Counted from the stretch's first letter, positions 24,301 to 62,202 are shown. The stretch is 64,000 nucleotides of DNA from Raillietiella orientalis (GCA_036172245.1 JAYWIR010000008.1:3720001-3784000), one strand, 5' to 3'. The notes: a model not told the origin generated them from the sequence alone. Numbers and translations: made by a program.

Positions 24301-26400
24301 TTAGGAACCATAAAACTCATTTATTTTTTTCTTTAATGAAGTCACGTGTTTTTTTCCTTACATGGAAGTGTAAGCTGAAAAATTCTAGTTAGAGTGCAAT
24401 TTCTAGTGAATAAGATTGATAGTCAAGGACGAGGGCCGTACCTCTTTCAGAAATATCAATGGCTTAAAATAGGTACACATTTTAATATGATTCAGAAGCA
24501 TGTTTTATTTGAATTTTTGTCAAAAGTTTGAAAGGTAATGAAGTGATGGAATGTTTTTCACACAAAGCATGTGTAATAGCATAGATCATTATATATTCAG
24601 GGAAGTTTGCGCTTCATAAGATGTAATTTTTCACTTTATTGTGAAGATTATTATTGGGAGGCAAACCTTTATAGTTTACTCCTTATATCAACAACAGTTA
24701 GTAATGAATGTGATTTTACAGTTTATCAGTGCATTTTCCTAGGAACAAAGTTTGCAAAATTTATAAGAGACATCAAAGAGAATTTTTACTTAATGTTTTA
24801 TCGCAACTTTTCTTTTAGGAATTCCCACATACTCATATGTGAAAATGAAGTGTTTGTAATTCAAATTCATAGATCATGTTGAACTTTTAAATGTGTATGA
24901 GTAATTGTTATACATTCCATACTGGCTTTAGGTCCATAGTGTAAGTTTGCTTTATGTAAGGTGGATGCCAACACAAAATTTTGTTTGAGGTTTATGCGTT
25001 GTTTTTATTGAGTTTCTGATTAGCCAGGACTTACTGTAAATTCATTATTAATGGATGAAGTTCTTTGGAAAATACAGACATCAAAAATAATAGCTTTGAA
25101 GATGTTTGATGTCAGGAAACATCAATGTAAAACCTTCACTAAAAGTGAGTCATACCAACATGAATAAGTAGAAACATGGAGGAAAAATGCCATCTAGCAG
25201 AATCCAGCTTGGAAGCATATAAGGATAGAGAACCAAACAGAATTGAAAATGCTGTGGACTGTAGGAAATTATTTTCATAGATGAATGGCATGTGCAGCAT
25301 CATAGCAAAAAAATGCAAATCTTGTGATTGTATCATTTCAGCACTGGTCATAATTGTGCAAGATCATATTGTAAAATTGCAATGGAAAAGATTGTGGTTG
25401 CAGCAAAAAACTAAAAACTAGAGTTGAAACATTTTCAGGAAAAATTATTTAGCTTATATTGAATTTGATATTGAGAGTTCAAGAAAATAAGGGAGTATTA
25501 AAAAGACAGTTATAATTTTAAGATCAAGACACCCGTTCGAAGCAAAAATAATGGGCAGATGCATTGTATCAGCATTCAGTTTGAGTGGTTTGTAACTTAT
25601 GTATGATCTTAAGGTTTGGTGTATGTTCAGTGATATGTCATCTATGTAAGACTATTGTAACCTACCTTCTAACTTCACTTTTCTTATCCATCAGCCTGTT
25701 ATCAAATTTGTGATTATCAGTAAAAGTGGGTGAGTTTAAAAGTTAAAGAGCAAAATTATTAGGAGGAGGTTTGGTGAGGGATAATGAGCATTCTAAAAGA
25801 TGGTCTTGATATCTGTGACTATTCATGCTGATCCTTGCATGTGTACATATTAATTGATGTGTGCCCTGAATCTTGATTTTTTTAATAAGTTTACATTCTG
25901 AAAGATAAGAAATGGCTAAAGAGTGAGACACTCCCCCAAAAATACATTGGTGATTCATTACTTTGTATTTCTTCTTTTGTAATGTCTTTTCTGCCTGAAA
26001 CATTCTCAACATCAATACACTTAATGTAGATATTGATAGCTTTTGAAGGGATGCACACAATAAATCATGGATAGACTTGTTAATGAAGAGTTCATTAATT
26101 TGCCAAATTAATTGAGAAGTACACACAGCAGAGATTGTTGGAAAGTTGTTCTGCATTTCATTTGAGCGGTAAATACGATTTCATTGTAAGTTGCCTGCAC
26201 ATGGTGCTTAAAAAAATACAAATGCAGTAGTATAACGTGTTTTTTTTTTTTTTTTTTTAATCTATTCAGTGGTGTAGCTTGAGTTTCTGCTCGACAGGTG
26301 AAGGAATTTGGCAAATGTTGGAAAATGAGCAGAAGCAACGCACAGATTTGATTAGTTGTTAATGCAATTTGCAGAAACGATCATGCAAGAGAATCTGCAC
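21400..26400 (+). other. Candidate unannotated spliced transcription unit (lncRNA or lineage-specific gene)
   Basis: Many short GT..AG intron-like segments on + (21708-21747, 22170-22234, 23702-23770, 23831-23888, 25145-25200, 25646-25694); AT-rich and CpG-depleted like the GCP3 gene body. Confidence 0.4.
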
Positions 26401-27678
26401 AAATCATTTCATCCATTCATGCTTTTGAATTTTTCAAGCAATATAGCATTTGTTATTTAATGTGCAGTGTTTTGCAGTGTTTGCCTTTTCGGGATCATTT
26501 TTATGAACCCATTAGTAAATTGAAGCTTACTGTTCATAACTTGACGAGTAGATTAAAATAGATCACTAGATGTGCTCGTAATTTTTTTAAAGTTTTCAGT
26601 CGGCAGTATATGTCCCATCATTGTGGATAAGCCATATCGGTTACCATCAACGCTGAATTCAGGGAGAGTTAATAAATGCGTGTGTAATAACTTTTGTTAC
26701 CGTTTTTACTGCATTTCATAACCCTGAATGGAAGTTCATCCTTCAGATGTGGTAACTTAAAGAATAAATCCAATCTGGAATTTAAATCAGGATTTCGATT
26801 TTTTAACTTTGCCGTTAAACAAAGAAAGGGATTACTGATGCCCGAATTCAAAATGAGAATCGTTTCCGTCAGGAAGGCGTTCTTATGGAAATATTTCTCT
26901 CCTTCACCTGGTGTGAAGTTTGTTTCTGACGAATTCTGCCTCTTATTGCAACATCATTTCACGGTTAGGTCAATCGAATAGTTGCATGTTGATTTACATA
27001 GTTATTAAAATTGTTTAAAAGCAAAATTGTTTCTTCGAGCATCATGGTTGGAGTTGGTTTTTGTATACTTTCAGATTTTCTTGGCATATTAATGCATTCT
27101 CATTTGCATGTGATGTGAAAAATTGTTATGGAAATACAAGATTCATTAGATGGTGCCTTGCAAACGGTAAGATCATGAGAATAAGCCGAATTAATGGGGT
27201 GTCGCTGTTTTTATTTTCCAAATTCTTATAATTGGATCACTTTTTTAAAGTCAATTAGGTAGCACTGCTCGAGAAACTGCTCTTTGCAGTAATGGTCCAT
27301 CCACGAGATCCGTCAGTCATGTACTCATCTTCGCTATTCCATTGTATTCATTTAAATCTAAAGTGAAGGGTTGCGCACGTGCACAGAAAACTTTTGTAAA
27401 ATTTCCCTTTTATCAGGGATTCCGTTTAAAATCAAAATCAGCCCTGCCTCGATGAATCCTTCGTTACATTATTTGGACAAATTTTCATCATGATTCCTGC
27501 TCCATAATCTGCACGGAATTATTCGCGAATTATTCAATTTGCAGTATCACTGGCCTTTTCGTTTCTGCATTAACTGCTCGTTCCTTGTAGTAGTTACTTT
27601 TATCATTACGTATTGATTATTTCTCAGACCCCCATACAAAACACCAACACAGTTTGTTGCACCGTTTCGGGACGTTGG

Positions 27679-27982
27679 TGGCACACTGGTCCTCGTGCAC
27701 TCTCCCTCTTGAGGACCCAGAACGGTCGACCCCGTTCGCTAGGTTTAACCCCTGAAAACGCTAATGGCACACTGGTCCTCGTGCACTCTCCCTCTTGAGG
27801 ACCCAGAACGGTCGACCCCGTTCTCTAGGTTTAACCCCTGAAAACGCTAATGGCACACTGGTCCTCGTGCACTCCGTCTTGAGGACCCAGAACGGTCGAC
27901 CCCGTTCTCTAGGTTTAACCCCTGAAAACGCTAATGGCACACTGGTCCTCGTGCACTCCGTCTTGAGGACCCAGAACGGTCG
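27679..27982. repeat. Tandem minisatellite, ~3.5 units of 86/86/84 bp
   Basis: Units start at 27679, 27765, 27851 and 27935; consensus TGGCACACTGGTCCTCGTGCACTC(TCCC/CG)TCTTGAGGACCCAGAACGGTCGACCCCGTTC(G/T)CTAGGTTTAACCCCTGAAAACGCTAA; units nearly identical. Confidence 0.97.
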
Positions 27983-28955
27983 CCTTGATTTGTCCTGTAT
28001 GCACCATTAGCAGGGAATTCGGGCACTTCTCAACCTTGTCCACGTTCGAAAACTCTGGATGCAGATTTGTGCTTGATTAAAAAGCATCTTCCAAGTTTGC
28101 TATGCAAACTCTTTGGATGGAGACTTGCCGAATTGGCTGCGAGTCTGGACATGGTGATGCGATGCGTAGATTCTACAGCTTGTCATGGGATTAGTGGATG
28201 CTGTGGCTCTTTCATAAACGATGCACGGGGAGGGTTTTTTTTTTTTGCGCAGGCGTAGTCCTATCAGCAGGTTGAAGATTTTCTGGTTTTCTAGCTACTT
28301 TTCTGCTACCTGGATGGAGTGTGGAACGAAACTTAAATGAGTACAAGTGTATTTTTTTATTAAAATATCTTGTCTCATTCCATCATGGAAATTTCCGGAT
28401 TAGGAGACGATCACTCTCGCTATGCCTATTGAAGACATTTTCATGTCAGATAGTTCTCCTTACATAAACTCACCTTGTCGTGAAAAGTAAAAAAAATAAA
28501 AAAAAAACGAGAAGGCAAATAAAATAGTAAAGAGGTCGTCGTCTTAGGTACCGAAATTGAAGAGAAATGGTCGTTTGACGGATGTGACGAAACAGCTTAA
28601 AAGAAAGGAATTTTTCCCCTCAAAAGTTACCATTGCCATGTGACTGCGCGCCTCTTTTAAAATGTCCTCGCGCTATGTTTCGTGGTTTTTGTTTTCATTT
28701 TTTGTCATTCTTTCGATTTGGTTTTGCGACGTCCACCGCTTCAACGTTTTTCAAATCTTTGGAAACCTGAAATGTTCTTCGACAGCCAGACTGCCGTTTT
28801 CAATCTGTTGCTGGCATGGCGGCTTTCCCTCCTTCCCAGCTTACTCCCTTTCCTTCTGCGTTTCTGTTTTGCCAGAAACCGTTTTGCTTACCTCTTTGGC
28901 CACAGGCCACATCTAATGATGTTTCGGTTGATGTGTTCCTCTTGTTAATTTGGAG

Positions 28956-30215
28956 ATGCCCGTCGTGTTGTTACTTAACTATACTTGGTACACACATCTT
29001 GAGGTAAGGTGGATGTTTTGCTTCGATACGAATTCTTGCGGACCTTTACGGCTCCATTATGCCAATGAAAAGTGTTTCATGCTGCTGTTGCAGAAGTACA
29101 GTAAGCCAAAAAAAAAAAAAACAAATTAGATTCGTGTGCTCTTGCATGAGAAACGATGTTCGAAGCTCAGTACGGAACCTGGCCTCTTGTGTTCTTGCGT
29201 ACATGCATAGATAGAGATATAAAGAAAACTAATGTGTGAGTGAAATGCACACTGGAAATAATATGAATATCAGTAAATGTCTAGGAAGCGCGTTTTTCTC
29301 ACAAGACACCGATTTATTGCCTTCCCAATGCATTCGAAAGCGACGTGTTGGGGATATTTTCATTTGGAAGTCGGTTATTATGCAGTGTTACTTGTCGATG
29401 TGTTTCTTCTCTCCTAAGGTGCATCTCTCGATTGACGAGCAACTCCTCCTGGACCATGTTTGTTTAGAACGTGCGTTCTGTGATTCAAATTTCGTATTTC
29501 GTTTTTTTTTTTTTTTTTTTTTTTTTTATCGAGCAGACTCTTGTAAACTATAAATTTTTGCGCTCCTTCTATTGATCGCATGCGTTGGTGATTGTACGCT
29601 GTCAGTTCCTTCGTATCCAGAAAAAATCCATCCGTTTTTTCTCTCGTTCCGTAGTTTTTCACTTTGCCCACGGGATGCAGAGTTCTTTAAAGCAAGAGCT
29701 GCAAGAGTGCCGTGCAAGAGTTGTTAATTGTGCTTTGACTGAGATTGAATGTTTAATTAAAGTTCTTGGCGAAATTCTCACTCTCGTCCTTGTTGATGGA
29801 TTGTTGTCCTTTGTTCTTCTATTGAGTGGATGCTGGATTTTTGGATGTGCCACTGGAAAGGTTTTTTCCCCAGACAGTACTTCTTCGGCGATTGGTTATT
29901 TTTTTTTTCCTCTTCTTTGCCTCTCTTTACTCGAAAATAAAAGACCCCTGTTGTTGTCCGGATGGCAGCCCGAAATACCTAAGCATTCGGCTGACATGCT
30001 GAATCCCTAAGGCTAGGGGGCCTTTTCAGGCTTCTCCTGCCACTACTCCCAAAGTGTTGCCTGTAGATGAGGATGGAGTCGAACCGTCCTGCGTCGCGCG
30101 CATACTGAGAGAGGGATGTGCGAGAGCGTATTCTGGAACGCCAACTGCAGATAAAGAAGCAGTCAGGGACTTTGCAAAGCAACTTGCAACCGCCTTACGG
30201 CAATTTACAGTGTAG
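28956..30215 (+). CDS. Candidate small two-exon ORF (77 aa) of unknown function upstream of CASK
   Basis: ATG 28956-29003 followed by GTaagg; ccttttcAG then 30030-30215 ending TAG; phase 0/0 join; no homology recognised. Confidence 0.25.
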
Positions 30216-30248
30216 CCTGCTGCTGCTGCTGCTGCTAAAGTGACGCTT

Positions 30249-30318
30249 ACCGTTTCGGGACATTGGTCCTCGTGGACTCTTCCTCTTGAGGATCCAGAAC
30301 AGTCGACTCCGTTCGCTA
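30249..30318 (+). repeat. Dispersed diverged monomer related to the 27.7-kb tandem unit and its left flank
   Basis: ACCGTTTCGGGACATTGGTCCTCGTGGACTCTTCCTCTTGAGGATCCAGAACAGTCGACTCCGTTCGCTA aligns to 27661-27741. Confidence 0.85.
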
Positions 30319-30429
30319 AAATGCCAAGTATTCGCACGCTCAGAACGCTTGCGAACGTTGGAAACTCCAAAAGATGAACTCGCAACCGCGCATGGCTGTG
30401 CTCTACCACACGAGCCAAAAACCATACTT

Positions 30430-31320
30430 CGTCAGGATCTTTGATAGAGTGTGATTACCACGAAACCACACGATCTGCGGCAAGAGGAAGGATATCTCTG
30501 CAGGGGGATCTGGATGGAGCGTCCTTTCCTATCCATTTGCCACAGCGAAGACTTATGCTCTGTAGGACTTTCCCTTTTTTCTACGTTCCGAGGACGCATT
30601 GAAAATGGCTGTTTTGGAGAAAAATACAGTTCTTCCGTGGCTCCCGTATCGGACTTCGATGACAGGAGAGCGACACCGGTTGGAGGATGACCTCGAGCTT
30701 GATGGAAAGGTGGCTGGCACTGATCGACTGTGGTCACTCGGAAACTGCATTCGTTATTCCACATACGTTCTCGAGAAGTTAATGTGAGCCAATCCTTCAG
30801 GGATGACGCCAGCATCCATCGTGCTGTTGAGACCACTGGCGGGCTCCATCGGATCACACACTACTTGCGCTGAATTCACATCCGTAGCCAGCTTCCTAGA
30901 TCTGAACTCTTTTTCGTGATGAAAGTACTGTGTGTGAGTGTCCGAGTGCAATTTTCTCACGTTCTTCAGATTTTCTGCTCCGACGGTCACCTCTTTACTG
31001 ATTGACCTTTTTTTTAAAAAAAAAAAAAAAAAGGAAAAAAAAATGCAAAGTTCAGAGCTCGATTCGAATGGTTCCTTTTTCCTTGATCGCCTGATTTTCC
31101 GTTCGCAATTTTATCAAGACTTATACTGATTAGAGTGACGAGGCGAGAGCGAAGCAGGGAGCATGCGTCCTTTGGCACGCTCTGTCACAGCGGGAAAGGT
31201 GAGAAGATTTCATCTGCTCGCTGAGCTGGATGAAAGTGCGGGGCAGGTCGTTTTTCGTGTCAGACGTAAGGACCGCACTCTCTCGCTGCGGGTGTTCTAG
31301 ATCTTCTGCCACTCAAATCT
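30430..31320 (-). mobile_element. Decayed LINE apurinic-endonuclease (APE) domain
   Basis: NLKNVRKLHSDTHTQYF..FRSR (~L.D.WR.LHP....YT..SRID), FPSDH, HGRTVFFSKTAIF (~GLWKLN.A+L). Confidence 0.45.
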
Positions 31321-34047
31321 CCCTCTTCTCGGATGGGGCTGAGTTCCGGTAATGGAAACCTAGTATGTGTACAATAGCATCCATCTGTGGCATCCGTCTG
31401 CCGTTCGTAACTTCAGCCAGGAAACGGCCGTACGTGCAGGAAGTAGCTGAAGGCTGCACCTTCTTGTTTTCGCGTGTGTGGATGGCATTTTTCCCATCCA
31501 GGCACCGAGCAGGGGAAGATTGAAACATCGAGGCTTGTCCACAATCCATTCCTCTTCCTGCATCGTACACGTACAAACTCCCGTTACCTTTTCCTACCGT
31601 GGGTGTCGATAAATGTTTCAGGAAAGCAATTCTTTCGCATGATTGTCTGATAACAGCGGATTTACCGTCGGATGATGGAAGGGACAAAGATCGCACGTGT
31701 CTTTCCTGCCTCTGTTTCCCTTTTCGGAAATCATTTCCGATTCGTTGTCTCCGCCAAATGCCATAACTTTGTGGCACTCGGTAACTATCGGTAATTCAAT
31801 CTGTGTTCGATTTTTTTTTCTTTTTTTTTAAAAAAAAAAATGCGTGGCCTTTCGCTGGCCGGTTGCACTTTGAATTTATTTTGGTACTTCATCGCGTAAT
31901 GTGTCACTCCGCGTGTACAGTACGCCTTGGGCCGCCGTACTGTGATGCCGTTTTTCTCTGAGTCGTGAATGGCAAGTTGTGATTAGTCAGCTTTACAGCA
32001 AAGTTGGTGAACGAAGGATTGGATTAATTAGTTTGCCGCCATGTTGTATGCTCTCACGTATGTGTTTTCAGCGAAAGTGGCTGCTTTGGACCGGAAAGAC
32101 GCATGAGAAAGCCGTTTCTGTGAAGATTTTCTTGGATGCTGCTTTCATCGGACTTCGGCATTCTGCCGTTTCCCATGTTCTTGGCTCTTTAGACCTTCTT
32201 TAGAACTTTGTGCCACTTTAGGTACTTTCACGTCCGCCAGCATCTACATGCCTGCCGCCACTGCGTGAATCTGTGTTTGGAAGTCATTTCGTTTTTGTCG
32301 AGCCAGTTGAGGAGGAAATTGGGATCCGCCTGGTGATTCATACTATGTGGCACGTCCCCCCGATCCTTCCCCCCCGTCCCACGCAAACACCGTTCGTGTT
32401 TGCATGTGGGAAAGGCGCCTTCCTGTTTTTTTTTTTTGTTTTTTTTTTTTTTTTTTTTTTTTTACAAAAAGGGTAGAGGGATTCTGAGGGTTTCGGCGAT
32501 CCGGGACTTGCAAGTGGGCAGTGTAGAAATGTTTGTCAATTACACTCACCCCCGAACTTTCCCGCGGTGATCACAAGGAAGCGCCTCAGTATTTGTTTGT
32601 CTGCGATCAGCACATTTCTTCAGAATTCACATGTAACATGTAACAGGGAAGACACTTTTGGCGAGTCCAGGCTCTCCCCCATCAGCCATCGCTGACGTCT
32701 CACTGCCAGTAGGAATGGGTGTGCACCCGTCGGTGCACCACGAGGGGAGCGTGCGGGTGTTGCCTTGTGTTTCGCACGTTCTCCAACGGGCCATCGAACT
32801 TCCGAAATAAACTGGCAAATTTAATGCGTGCGTATGCTTGCAGAGCTAATCATTTCCAGAAAAAAGAAAAAAAGAGGAGGGGGGGGGAGAGGAGGAGTTT
32901 AGTTCTTTCCCAAACATTTTCTTTTAATTATTTTAATCGTGCATTTATTCAACAGGTCATCTTCGTGCGTTATTTTGCTTTCGTGCAGCTGTGACGAAGT
33001 TATCGTCATTCATAGCATAATCTCTAAAGTGTGCTTTCCGTTTTCGGAGCTGTCAGAGCGCTTGCGCAAGACGTCACTGTTTGGCACGAAGACGCCCCAG
33101 CGGTGAACCCGAAAGGATGGTGCTGCGTCTGTTGTGACGTCACTTGGTGCAAGTGACCGATGCGTACGGCCAGCACTCGAAACTCTATCGTCGTGTTCTT
33201 ACCGACTAATGTTCCAGTGCACCATCGCAAGACTGAGTACAGAAGGGTTGCGTGGAGAATGACGTCTCCGATGCAGATTTGGGTTTTCGGCGCGCTTTGG
33301 CAAAATTGCCTTAACCAAAGCGAAAGAAAGAAAGAAAAAGAAACTCCATCTTGTTCAAAGTACACTCATGACCAAACTAAGAATTCCATGTGATCTCTTT
33401 AGAGCACTTTTGCTTCTTTAGATGCTGCTCTTGAGTTCATGGGTTGAGGGGCTCTTGGCACAGTTAGTGGGTGGGGGGTGCTTTCCCAGTTGACCCTGAT
33501 TAACCCATGTCGCTTTCCTCATAGTTGTTTCTTGAATATTTCCTCTTTTAGCATGCATTTGCTTTTGCACGGATCGCTTCCTAAGCATGGATCCCACTTC
33601 ATTGGTAATCATCGTTTTTTTTTTTTTCTCTTTCGTTTCTTTTGGTGAGGTATGTAAGTCCTTGGTTAATCAGGGGATTGGGGACGAATTCGTTTGGAGG
33701 GGAAACATATCATTTGTAAAAGTAATCTTTGTCGGCACGAGTGCGAATTTTTTTTGTTAGCTGGACAAGCTGCCCAAAACGAGGAAGGCAAAGCGCAATT
33801 TTTCGCCACCAAGGCGTGGAAAAAAATAAATAAATAAATAAGCTGCTCGAGTCGCTCGTTCTGCTGGTGCCACGCTCGAAGGCAAGCTGTCTTTCGATCC
33901 CGGCGAGCAAAATTCGCGTTCTGCTGCACGCGCCATGTAAATGAGAGCCAGAATTTCGATGTGACAGCACGCATATGTGTGTGCTCTTCCCCATTCCATA
34001 CCCCCATTTCGTATGCTAACCAATGGGCGTTTTCTTTTTCGTTTCAG

Positions 34048-34101
34048 CGAGCGCAACAATGCTTCCGCTGATGACGTTGGACGACAGCTGACGAATGAGT
34101 C
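34048..34101 (+). other. CASK 5'UTR part of the first coding exon, preceded by a splice acceptor and containing upstream AUGs
   Basis: Polypyrimidine tract plus gtttcAG ending at 34047; uAUGs at 34059, 34071 and 34095. Confidence 0.6.
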
Positions 34102-59972
<25,871 letters not shown>

Positions 59973-61413
59973 GTTTGGTCCGCAGGGAAAGGAAGAAGGA
60001 AAGAAATCCACGCAGGAGAAATTCGGTTGCTTAAACTCATTTCGAAGGCCATTCGGTCTCTGCGGAGCATTGCTGTGCACTTTCGCGGCTGCGGAGAAGC
60101 CATCCTCAGCCGATGCGCTCCGACTGTGGCGACACCCGCCTAAGACCTACGTTTCCCCCCACCCCCTCCCCCCAGCAATTCCCGAGCGGACCCGCCTATT
60201 TGTCTGTTTTCCTTTCCTTTTTGCGGGGGAGGGAGGGAGGGGGGGGAGAAAGAAGAAGAAGAGGAAGAGAGGAAGAGGAAGAAAATCCGCCCACGCAGGT
60301 GCCAAAACGCCACCGCACTTATTTGTTTGCATGTCAAAGTTTTGAAGTGACGTCACCCACCGTCGGACGTTCGGAAGGGTCGGCAGCATCGCCGCTCATC
60401 CGTGACGGACGCTCCATTGTTGGTTCTATTTCTGTCCGTGGGGAGCCGCCAACAATGCCGCGCCGCAGTGCGGCGGGCGCGCCCATATGGAGGAGAGGGC
60501 CGTTGGGGGTGCGGAGTGGTTTCCCCGGTGATTTTTTTTTTTCGAAAGGTCTTCCTCCCCCCTCCCCCTCCCTCCCCCTTCTCCCTCTCCGAGCGTCCAG
60601 GAACGCCCCTTGCTCCAGCCAGCACGGGAAGCGGCCCCTCTCGCCTTTGCAGGAAAGGCCGAACGCGCGAAACCGCCGGGAAGGAGAGAGAGAGAGAGAG
60701 GGGGGGGGGGCGTCATGTAGGGTGGTGCTCGCGGCACCCCGCAGCCACCGGAGCAGGAAGGAGGGAGCAGACGAGGGAGCCTCCCACTGCCCCCGCAAAA
60801 CGGTCTGTGATGAGTTGGCATTTCATCGTCCCCGGCTGTAGTTGTGCGGACTCTGTCATTTTAAACATTGGAAAGCAACTCCGATGGCAGAATGGAGCGA
60901 AAGCGGAGGAGGGGTGGGGTGGGGTGGGGCGGGGGGCTGCTACGAAGACGGGACGGTAACACACCGTGCGTCTATCATGACGTTATCTTGCCATCTTGAA
61001 GAGGAGGAAAGAGGGGGCGGGGGCGGATGGGGGGGGGGACCTTTTGATTCCTTTGTGTTGGTAACGAATCCTCAGCCGCTCTTAAATCATTACGTAATCT
61101 GTCTGAGAACAGTTGGACTGTCCAAATATTTTTTTTATGGCATCCTCAAAAATGTTTTCAATGTTACAGTGTTAGATTCACAGCATTTTATTGTACATTG
61201 CATGTAACATTTCGCAACGATAATGTTGTTTTTGATGTAAAATGGAGTTGTGTAAATAGTAAGAAACTCATTTTAGATATATTTGTACAGTTCATTGGTT
61301 ACAACATCCGTTGAAGCTTTTGATGGATTAAAAAATTGTAAAACTGAAATAATAGGTTTATATCAATTTTACTTTATTAAAAGAACTTTTTTATAGTATT
61401 GTACTGTTTATCA

Positions 61414-61419
61414 AATAAA
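61414..61419 (+). promoter_or_regulatory. Probable CASK polyadenylation signal (AATAAA, overlapping pair) ending a ~1.45-kb 3'UTR
   Basis: AATAAATAAA at the end of an AU-rich tract, followed by T-rich downstream sequence. Confidence 0.55.
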
Positions 61420-61699
61420 TAAACAAGTTTTTTTATTCCTGGAATTTTATTTTATTTTTATTTTTTTTTCGTTTTTTCCCCCCTGCGAAGAGCACGAGCG
61501 CACGGTCGTTAAATGTGTAACACACACACACACACAGGTGACCCGCTTGTGGGGCGCCGGAGGGCTTCGGGGAAGAAGGTCGATGGTCGGTGGTGCCGGC
61601 CTGCGGCTGCTGCCGTGTCGCCAGAATTCCCACCGGCGGACCCGAAGTGCTCCCAAGGCGGGGTGGCAGGGGTGGCAAATTTCCCACCCGCTCTCTGCG

Positions 61700-62050
61700 G
61701 CGCGCAGATTTCCGGTCCGGGCACGCGTCTTCAGCGAAGACGCATTCCGCCTCGCGACCGTTTCCGTGTTTGAGGAGGGGGAAAAAAAAACACCGATCTG
61801 CATGCTGTGCACTTTTCCGAATTCCCCTGGAGCGAAAGTGGGGGTCGTCGAAGGACACGCGCGAGAACCGAGCGTGGGCGGCCCTGCACTGTGGCCAAGT
61901 GGAAGATGCAGGAGAAGACGCTGAGAACCCGGAACAGATGAAGGAACGGAACAGGAAGAGCACCACCGGTCGCGTCCGTGGAGACGAGCGCTCACGTCCA
62001 GAAGGTGGAGCAGAAGGCTTTGAAGTGAGCTCCACGGCTCCCAGCCCTGG
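61700..62050 (+). mobile_element. LINE 3'-ORF remnant
   Basis: AWAA(L)TVAKWKMQEK resembles the (V/I)AKW.IW..R segment that follows zf-RVT. Confidence 0.3.
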
Positions 62051-62202
62051 AGGCTTCCAGAGCTGGGAGCCAGGGCTTGGGACCCCCCGGAGCTCCCCGT
62101 CTTGCAGCGGAGACGGAAACAGCTGTTTGCTTTTACCCCGAAGGCGTTGTTGGCAGACTTTCATTCACCTGAAACCTTGGCGTGCGACGGCCCATAAAGT
62201 GT

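Noticed and set aside
26690..26960. Open frames on both strands suggesting an exon
   Set aside because: The + frame (RKGLLMPEFKMRIVSVRKAFLW) looks more like a decayed LINE post-RT segment; no reliable splice sites.
27661..27726. Hammerhead-like topology on - strand (ACCGT-T..CTCAAGA-GGGA..TCCC-GAA-ACGGT)
   Set aside because: The core reads CUCAAGA rather than CUGANGA in every copy, helix I cannot form, and helix II is broken in the 30.25-kb copy.
27679..27982. CRISPR array, HDV-like ribozyme or spliced-leader gene interpretation of the tandem repeat
   Set aside because: No unique spacers and eukaryotic context; the P3/P1 pairings needed for an HDV fold are missing; GGTTTAACCC is not followed by a splice donor or Sm site.
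34068..34095. CTGATGA hammerhead/box-C-like motifs (also near 993, 45231, 56323)
   Set aside because: No correctly placed GAAA with helices, and no convincing box C/D partner with terminal stem.
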